The notes under the pieces are model-generated. The model was given only the letters and a program-made list of their open reading frames with translations, was not told the DNA's origin and ran no database searches. From Alphaproteobacteria bacterium (GTDB taxonomy: Bacteria > Pseudomonadota > Alphaproteobacteria > Rs-D84 > JAERRO01): DNA of 64,000 nucleotides. A program made the position numbers and the translations under genes. The DNA lies in the NCBI GenBank assembly GCA_016735395.1, contig JAERRO010000001.1, positions 2,428-66,427 on the forward strand. Direction: 5' to 3'. Positions 57,982 through 64,000 of this stretch are shown here, one piece after another (the first letter of the stretch is position 1; each line of letters opens with the position of its first letter).

Positions 57982-60570
57982 ATGAATGATAATTTAGTAT
58001 ATTCTTTAAATGTCCTAGCAGGAGAAGATATTTTTAACCCTAGTGAAATTCCTGACTATATTACAAATAATGTCGCTCATAAACTGCGGGACTATCAAAC
58101 CGAAGCCCTAGCTAGATTTCGTTTCTATATCGACGATGATGGATACAAGAACAAAAAGAAGCCGATACATCTGCTGTTTCATATGGCTACGGGGTCAGGG
58201 AAGACTATCGTTATGGCTGGCTGTATTCTAGAACTATATAAAAAGGGGCATAGAAATTTCCTGTTCTTTGTTAACTCCGACAATATAATTGACAAAACTA
58301 AACATAATCTTCTATATCAAAATTCTAATAAATATCTGTTCAATAAAGATAAAATTATTATAGATAATAAGGCCGTTGCCGTAAAAGTCGTAGAAAATTT
58401 TAACGAAGCCGATGACGATTCTATCAATATATGTTTCAATACTATTCAAAAACTGCACGGAAACCTTATCAACACAGGCGAAAATGGAATTTCTACCGAA
58501 ACTTTTAAGGATACGAAAGTTGCTATAATATCCGACGAAGCCCATCACATCAATAGTATGACTAAAAAAGAATCCAAGGATGAACAAAACTGGGAGAACT
58601 CCGTTCTAGGTATTCTAAATGCGAATAATGACAATGTTATGCTAGAGTTTACCGCGACTATGGGTATGAAAAACGAGGCTATAGCAAAAAAATACAACGA
58701 TAAAGTTATATACGACTACACTTTCTTGAAATTTAATATAGACAAATATTCTAAAAATGTTTTTACTCTCGCCTCAACTTTCGATAATAACTATAAAATT
58801 TTACAGGCGATCGTTCTATCTCAATATAGACTAAAACTAGCAGTGCATCATAAGGTAAACCCGCTGGTTAAACCTGTCATTCTTGTGAAATCTAAATTTA
58901 TTAAAGATAGCACAAATGACTACAAAGAATTTTACGAGTTCTTGGAAAGACTAAAAGAAACAGATCTAGATAAAATTGAAAATGGCTCCGAGTCTAAAGA
59001 AATAAAATCTGCCTTTGAATTCTTCAAAAAAAATAAAATCACTAATGAAAATCTAGTCCTAGAGCTAAAGCAAGCCTTTAAAGTCGAAAATAGTGTTATC
59101 ACGGACTCAACAAAATCTACTCTTAATGCAAAGGTTCTACTCAATACACTAGAAGATGAAAAGAACAAAATTAGAATCATATTCGTCGTTAATCAACTTA
59201 ATGAAGGATGGGATGCTATCAATCTATATGACATCGTAAGGCTATATAATACTAAAGATAAAGGTAATGATGCTACTGTATCCGAGGCTCAACTAATAGG
59301 AAGGGGGGCTAGATACTGCCCCTTTACTACCAAAGACTCAGACGAAGATAAGTATAAACGAAAATTTGATGCCGATGCTAATAACGAACTTTCTATCCTT
59401 GAAGAATTCTACTTTCACTGCGATGATAATAGCAAATATATATCAGAGCTAAAGGCAGAACTAAAAACGCAAGGTATCATAGAAGAAGAAGTCCCCAACC
59501 TAGTTAGTATTGAGCTGAAAGAGAGTTTTAAAGAATCTGACTTCTATGAAAAAGGTTGTATTTTTCTAAATAAACAAGAACCTACTGATAAAGCAAAAAA
59601 CTTTAAAGAAGTCAAAAAACTTATAAAAAGTCAAGCATTTAAATACAATTCTACTATAGAAGATGGTAGGTCTAATAGTAAAAATAATCTATTAAAGGGT
59701 GATATTCTAAATGAAAACTCCAGTACAAAAAGAACAGAAACTTTAGATAAAGATGATTTTAGTAAACAGATTATTCAAACTGCTTTTGATAGAAATCCAT
59801 ACTTTAATTTTGATAAAATGAAAAAATACTGTGGGGGAAAAGTTGAGTCTATGAAGGACTTTATAGATCAAGTTATGGAGAATGTAAAAGTTGAGGTTAG
59901 ATATCAAGGAAACAAAGATACATTATTAACCCCGCGAGTGAAACTAGATATATTTTCTAATGTCCTAGGGGAAATCTCGAAAATTATGGAGAAGAATAAC
60001 ATAGAAAAGAGGGGGACGAGGGAATTCTCACATAAGAAAATATTAGAAATATTTATAGATAAAAAATTCAAGAGTAGTGGTACTGAAAAAGATATGAGGG
60101 GGCATAAGTGGTTCGCCTATGACAAAAATTACGGTACGAGTTTAGAAAATGATTTTATAAAATATATTATAGAAAAAAAAGAAGAGATAGAAGACAAATA
60201 TGCAGAGTTTTATCTATTAAGAAGTGAACGGTTTTTTAGGCTGTACGACTTCGAACAAGGTCGAGGATTTGAGCCTGACTTTGTTATGTTTTTTAAGAAA
60301 AATGGAAGTGAAGAATTTTCTAACCTACAAGTGTTTATAGAGCCTAAAGGTGGTCATCTATTAGAACATGATAAATGGAAATCTAAATTTTTAGAGAGCA
60401 TAAATAAAAATGTAGAATTTGGTGACGATCTATTTAATGATTCTAAAGATTTTAAAATAATAGGTCTCCCATTTTATGTTGACAATAAAGAACTACTGAT
60501 CGACGAAAAGAAGTTTACAGAACGAAAATTTAAAGAGGCTTTTAAAGAACAAATATTTAACAACGACTAA
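57982..60570 (+). CDS. res: Type III restriction enzyme Res subunit (SF2 helicase + C-terminal PD-(D/E)xK endonuclease)
   Basis: LRDYQTEAL; motif I MATGSGKT; motif II IISDEAHH; C-terminal nuclease FEPDFVMFF...VFIEPKG; 862 aa. Confidence 0.9.
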   Translation: MNDNLVYSLNVLAGEDIFNPSEIPDYITNNVAHKLRDYQTEALARFRFYIDDDGYKNKKKPIHLLFHMATGSGKTIVMAGCILELYKKGHRNFLFFVNSDNIIDKTKHNLLYQNSNKYLFNKDKIIIDNKAVAVKVVENFNEADDDSINICFNTIQKLHGNLINTGENGISTETFKDTKVAIISDEAHHINSMTKKESKDEQNWENSVLGILNANNDNVMLEFTATMGMKNEAIAKKYNDKVIYDYTFLKFNIDKYSKNVFTLASTFDNNYKILQAIVLSQYRLKLAVHHKVNPLVKPVILVKSKFIKDSTNDYKEFYEFLERLKETDLDKIENGSESKEIKSAFEFFKKNKITNENLVLELKQAFKVENSVITDSTKSTLNAKVLLNTLEDEKNKIRIIFVVNQLNEGWDAINLYDIVRLYNTKDKGNDATVSEAQLIGRGARYCPFTTKDSDEDKYKRKFDADANNELSILEEFYFHCDDNSKYISELKAELKTQGIIEEEVPNLVSIELKESFKESDFYEKGCIFLNKQEPTDKAKNFKEVKKLIKSQAFKYNSTIEDGRSNSKNNLLKGDILNENSSTKRTETLDKDDFSKQIIQTAFDRNPYFNFDKMKKYCGGKVESMKDFIDQVMENVKVEVRYQGNKDTLLTPRVKLDIFSNVLGEISKIMEKNNIEKRGTREFSHKKILEIFIDKKFKSSGTEKDMRGHKWFAYDKNYGTSLENDFIKYIIEKKEEIEDKYAEFYLLRSERFFRLYDFEQGRGFEPDFVMFFKKNGSEEFSNLQVFIEPKGGHLLEHDKWKSKFLESINKNVEFGDDLFNDSKDFKIIGLPFYVDNKELLIDEKKFTERKFKEAFKEQIFNND

Positions 60571-60653
60571 TCTTCTACTTTATTATCTCCTTGAAAAAAT
60601 TAAAGAATAATCTACTATTTATAAATCTTCTTATCTTCTACTAAAGGATTCTA

Positions 60654-61715
60654 ATGACAAATGTGAAAAATAACAGTTTAAATCTTTTTGATTATGCGAC
60701 AAGTGAACTTTCTCAAGATGCTTTTTTGTGCTGGCTACTAGCCCATCATCCTATATGTCAAAACGAAGATAGTGAAATAAAAGATAAAGATATTTCTCAA
60801 TGTGCAGAAAATTTATTAAATGAACTACTAGGAAAACATTCAACAGAACTAGGAAAAATAACAGAACTAGAAATAAAAAGGCAATATAAAAAGATTGATA
60901 TATTAGTGATAATCAATAAAAAATATGGACTAATCATAGAAGATAAAACCGATACATCTGAACACGGAAACCAATTGGGTAAATACTTTAAGGTTGTAGA
61001 GGAAAAGGGATTAATCCCTCTAGGAATATATTTTAAAACTGGTGATGAACTAAAAAGAGATGAAATAAAAAGAGATAAAATAAAAAGAGATGAAATAAAA
61101 AGAGATGAAATAAAAAATAAGAGTGATGAAGATATAGAATATACATATAAAACATTTTATAGAGATGAGTTATTAGAGGTATTAAAAAAACACAAAACAA
61201 AAAATGATATCTTTACTTCATTCTATAATAGGCTAGACAAATTTGAAGAAGATTATAAATCATACGAAAACAACAAAGTTGCCGATTGGTCTAGTAGAGC
61301 ATGGTCAGGATTTTTTCATAATAAACTATATAAAAATGATAGACAAAATTTTGATAAATTCTGGTATGGATATGTTCCAAATCGAAGTGGCGGTTTTCTA
61401 TGCTTCGCATGGGAGTTTAGATACATAGACAAAATAAAAGTATATTTTCAATTTGAAATAAGAAAAGTAGGTAATACGATGAATCCTATTTTAGTAGTTA
61501 AAACATCTTGTGAAAATAAACCGCTACCAGATGTAGCCCTCAATAAAATAGATGAATATATAGGTAAAGACTTGTGGAAGAAATTTAAGAGGCGGAGAAG
61601 TGATGGAAAAACATCTTCTAGGCTAATCTATATTTTAGAAGATCTTAATAATATGGAATATGGCGAGCTTATAGAATCTATTGAGAAAGCAACAAAATCT
61701 TTTGATTTAAAATAG
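60654..61715 (+). CDS. Hypothetical PD-(D/E)xK nuclease-like protein with an internal KRDEI tandem peptide repeat
   Basis: N-terminal SELSQDAFLCWLLAHHP and KKIDILVIINKKYGLIIEDKTDTSEH (D...E-D-K arrangement). Central LKRDEIKRDKIKRDEIKRDEIK encoded by 4 x 15-bp repeats. Confidence 0.4.
   Translation: MTNVKNNSLNLFDYATSELSQDAFLCWLLAHHPICQNEDSEIKDKDISQCAENLLNELLGKHSTELGKITELEIKRQYKKIDILVIINKKYGLIIEDKTDTSEHGNQLGKYFKVVEEKGLIPLGIYFKTGDELKRDEIKRDKIKRDEIKRDEIKNKSDEDIEYTYKTFYRDELLEVLKKHKTKNDIFTSFYNRLDKFEEDYKSYENNKVADWSSRAWSGFFHNKLYKNDRQNFDKFWYGYVPNRSGGFLCFAWEFRYIDKIKVYFQFEIRKVGNTMNPILVVKTSCENKPLPDVALNKIDEYIGKDLWKKFKRRRSDGKTSSRLIYILEDLNNMEYGELIESIEKATKSFDLK
61053..61112 (+). repeat. 4 tandem copies of a 15-bp unit AAAAGAGATGAAATA (one copy with G->A), in-frame within 60654..61715
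   Basis: Read directly: aaaagagatgaaata / aaaagagataaaata / aaaagagatgaaata / aaaagagatgaaata. Confidence 0.85.
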
Positions 61716-61773
61716 AAAGTATTTTGTTCTGTGTTTTTAGGATTTTTACTCTAGTATTACTATTGTTTTATAT

Positions 61774-62724
61774 TTAAGATTGAGAAGGATATTCACATAA
61801 TATAAAAAATCCATTTCTTTCAACTGGTTCTCCCAAATTTTTGCCTTCTCTATATTTTTCTGCAAAAGGTTTATGGGAACATGAAATAGTTATCTTATCG
61901 TTATCGATCTCGAACATAAAATTTCCTCCTTGATTGTTCGTAAACATATCTACTCTAGAGGAGTCTCTATATTTATTGTAATTGATACAAGCGGAGGGGG
62001 CGTTTCCTATCATCGTTATTCCAGGGTTTACTATCTCTAGAAATGAAAAGCCTCTACCAGAATCCCTCCCATGATGAGGAGCTATAAATAAATCTATATT
62101 TGAAATATCATTCTTATGTTTTTTAATTAAATGTTCCCAAGTCTTATCATCACTATCACCACAAAATAATATCTTAAAATTACCTGTCTTATATAAGATA
62201 ACTCCAGAACAATCATTCCAGTCTCCAATTATATCAGCCTTTTGTATTAAATCTTTGGTTGGAGACAAAATCTTTAATCCGTCTTCTATTATAAAGCTTT
62301 TTTTAACGTCATCTTGTAAAGAGTGAGCTTTTTTTAATAGTTCTTTATAACAGTCCCAATCTTTTTTGTCTGTGTCAGAAATTTTTTCATCTGTTTTCTT
62401 TGTTTTATATCCCCAAAAATTATCAATCCCGATACATTCTTTTAATGCCTTTATTCCTTTTAAATGGTCCATATCTGGATGAGTTAAAAAAAATCTAAAT
62501 ATGGCTTCGTCTTTATAATACTTTTTTAAAAAATCGATAGGATTTATAGGATGTTTTTTCTCTCCGAAGTTTCCTCTCGTAGATGCTGTGACTGTTTCCG
62601 ATAACTGGATAGAATCTTTTAAAGACTTCCCGTTGTTAATATCAATCATCGTTAGTCTACCAGAATAATGTTGTATTATTGAGCTATCTCCATTACCTAC
62701 ATTTAGAAAATATATTTTTGACAT
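61774..62724 (-). CDS. Metallo-beta-lactamase-fold hydrolase (ComEC C-terminal/Rec2-like family)
   Basis: LNVGNGDSSII, HxHxDH-type LTHPDMDHLKG, FCGD, APHHGR; 316 aa. 11 bp downstream of the membrane-protein gene. Confidence 0.55.
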   Translation of the reverse strand: MSKIYFLNVGNGDSSIIQHYSGRLTMIDINNGKSLKDSIQLSETVTASTRGNFGEKKHPINPIDFLKKYYKDEAIFRFFLTHPDMDHLKGIKALKECIGIDNFWGYKTKKTDEKISDTDKKDWDCYKELLKKAHSLQDDVKKSFIIEDGLKILSPTKDLIQKADIIGDWNDCSGVILYKTGNFKILFCGDSDDKTWEHLIKKHKNDISNIDLFIAPHHGRDSGRGFSFLEIVNPGITMIGNAPSACINYNKYRDSSRVDMFTNNQGGNFMFEIDNDKITISCSHKPFAEKYREGKNLGEPVERNGFFILCEYPSQS

Positions 62725-62735
62725 TTTTTATCCTT

Positions 62736-63218
62736 TTAGTTTATATCTATTATTTTTACTATTTTAATAGCATGTTTTCTTATAGAAAAAGTAAACAAGA
62801 TTATAAATGCTAAGAATATCAGTGACATTGAAAACATTCCTTTAAACATTGTTACTAAAAACAGAATGATAAACAGAGTATTTATATTTCTTGAAAAACC
62901 ATATTCCCTTGAGAGAAGTTCTAATCTTGGATTTGTATTTAAAGCTTTGTTAAATAGAGTATGATCTCTCCACGGAATTATTTTAATAGATTTGAAACAA
63001 TTTTCTAGAACTAGAGAACCTAATCTACTAATAACAGTACCGATAAAATAAGAGAAAGAGAGATAAATGATATTTAAATTTACTCCAGAAAATTGGTCTA
63101 ATCGGTTCAAATCTACTTTTATATTTATAAGACTAAGACCTATTATAAATAATATTCCTATGAAAATTTTATTTACTACTTCATAAAACGGTATTCCTGT
63201 TTTCATATAGTCCTCCAC
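62736..63218 (-). CDS. Hypothetical polytopic membrane protein (3-4 TM), co-oriented with the MBL hydrolase
   Basis: 160 aa. Hydrophobic segments IFIGILFIIGLSLI, IIYLSFSYFIGTVI, LFIILFLVTMF and LIFLAFIILFTF. Confidence 0.4.
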   Translation of the reverse strand: MEDYMKTGIPFYEVVNKIFIGILFIIGLSLINIKVDLNRLDQFSGVNLNIIYLSFSYFIGTVISRLGSLVLENCFKSIKIIPWRDHTLFNKALNTNPRLELLSREYGFSRNINTLFIILFLVTMFKGMFSMSLIFLAFIILFTFSIRKHAIKIVKIIDIN

Positions 63219-63242
63219 TTTCCTTTATTTACTGCAACAACT

Positions 63243-63317
63243 TATAGTGTCGTTACTATGATTGGTGGGGGCAGGGGGATTCGAACCCTCGACCTGCTGA
63301 TTAAGAGTCAGTTGCTC
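63243..63317 (-). tRNA. tRNA-Lys (anticodon CUU)
   Basis: Reverse complement GGGGGCATAGCTCAGTGGTAGAGCAACTGACTCTTAATCAGCAGGTCGAGGGTTCGAATCCCCCTGCCCCCACCA; perfect acceptor stem, loop CTCTTAA with U33/A37, CCA encoded; 75 nt. Confidence 0.8.
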
Positions 63318-63433
63318 TACCACTGAGCTATGCCCCCATAATTTACTTACCTATATATAGACCGTTTATAAATAATTTTCAATACTAGACGACTACTTAT
63401 TTTGATCTTCTATTTCAATAGATCTATTCTACT

Positions 63434-64000
63434 TTAAAATTTATATATGATTCGAATTCCTATCTCTGACATCTTCCGATCGGACTCTAATAGTTTGTTT
63501 CCGCCGACTACAGTCGAAATATTACTGTTAGCAATGTCGAAGACATAACAAATTTCACTTCCGCTCAACGTTCCGTCTTGATTCGTACCTGTGACCGTAT
63601 CACATATTATAGTAGCACCAGCATCTTGATACCATGTGCCTTTATCAAGTGTAGGATTAAGTGTACCCGGCCCTCCTATGTCCGTCTGTATGGTAGTAGC
63701 ATATCCAGATGTTTGTGCCATACCTAGGTACGAGTATTTCATAAAGAAGGATAACTCTACTCTATCGTTTATATTAGTTCTCAAACCGAACTCACCCATA
63801 TAAGCTAAATTAATATTACTATCTCCTCCGTATATTGTATGAAAATCTATTATATTATGAGCCCCCGTTTGATCTATAGCAGTTGGGTCTTTAATAATAT
63901 TATTCCAACCTATTTCATCTAAATATTTTATCTCGCTAATCTCGTTTCGTGCAAAACCTAATCCTGCTCCTATATACGGAGCGAATGCTCCTATTTTTCC
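63434..64000 (-). CDS. Outer-membrane beta-barrel protein (Omp25/OmpW/Opa-like), 5' end beyond the window
   Basis: The reading frame continues without stop to the window edge (GKIGAFAPYIGAGLGFARNEISEIKYLDEIGW...). C-terminus IGIRIIYKF ends in aromatic F, with alternating hydrophobic beta-strand patterning. Confidence 0.5.
   Translation of the reverse strand, partial: GKIGAFAPYIGAGLGFARNEISEIKYLDEIGWNNIIKDPTAIDQTGAHNIIDFHTIYGGDSNINLAYMGEFGLRTNINDRVELSFFMKYSYLGMAQTSGYATTIQTDIGGPGTLNPTLDKGTWYQDAGATIICDTVTGTNQDGTLSGSEICYVFDIANSNISTVVGGNKLLESDRKMSEIGIRIIYKF

Noticed and set aside
61053-61112. 15-bp x4 tandem repeat considered as a CRISPR-like or phase-variation element
   Set aside because: There are no spacers (units are contiguous). 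The unit length is a multiple of 3 and it lies in-frame within a CDS, so it cannot switch the frame; it is a coding peptide repeat, not CRISPR or an on/off SSR.
63243-63317. Anticodon assignment of the terminal tRNA as possibly Ile2 (CAU) or a suppressor
   Set aside because: The loop reads CTCTTAA with conserved U33 and A37, giving CUU (Lys). The body is highly similar to the tRNA-Lys(UUU) at 3213..3287, so Lys is the parsimonious call, although the 27-43 pair is A-C.
1-64000. Searched for rRNA, tmRNA/RNase P-like structured RNAs, CRISPR arrays, IS elements or integrases
   Set aside because: No ORF with transposase or integrase motifs (DDE, tyrosine recombinase R..H..R..Y) was found, and no spacer-repeat arrays. 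Intergenic regions are short (mostly under 200 bp) and none shows rRNA or tmRNA hallmarks recognisable by eye.

Overview
This is a very AT-rich (~29% GC), gene-dense bacterial chromosome segment with no rRNA, CRISPR, integrase or transposase. Its housekeeping genes point to a reduced-genome, alphaproteobacterial (Rickettsiales-like) endosymbiont. The core block (3.3-52.9 kb) carries ppa, a class A PBP, xseA, tsaD, nusB, a bamE-like lipoprotein, two tandem pyruvate:ferredoxin oxidoreductase paralogs, ctpA, an envC-like M23 protein, RNase J, recG, cysS, groES/groEL, cca, era, dnaK, an addA-like helicase-nuclease, recN, ffh, rlmE and sodB. Interleaved with these are scattered phage-derived and secreted-protein genes: a RusA-like resolvase, a tail-fibre-like protein, a 1427-aa Cys-rich secreted protein and a tandem pair of secreted paralogs. 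Both ends of the window are accessory islands that sit against tRNA genes.

The left island (0.1-3.1 kb, next to tRNA-Gly/tRNA-Lys) holds a Res-C-terminus-like nuclease fragment, a T5orf172-domain protein and a KAP P-loop NTPase.

The right island (52.9-63.3 kb, between sodB and tRNA-Lys(CUU)) is the main candidate for an undescribed system. It is a type III restriction-modification operon whose mod and res genes are split by a translationally coupled cassette of a two-transmembrane-helix protein and a DUF3800-like protein. A second 2TM protein sits upstream of mod. Both accessory genes are flanked by direct repeats that duplicate the neighbouring promoter or translation-initiation region. Downstream lie a PD-(D/E)xK-like protein with an in-frame KRDEI tandem repeat and a membrane protein plus MBL-fold hydrolase pair.

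All calls rest on motif-level reading of the six-frame translations. No database search was run.
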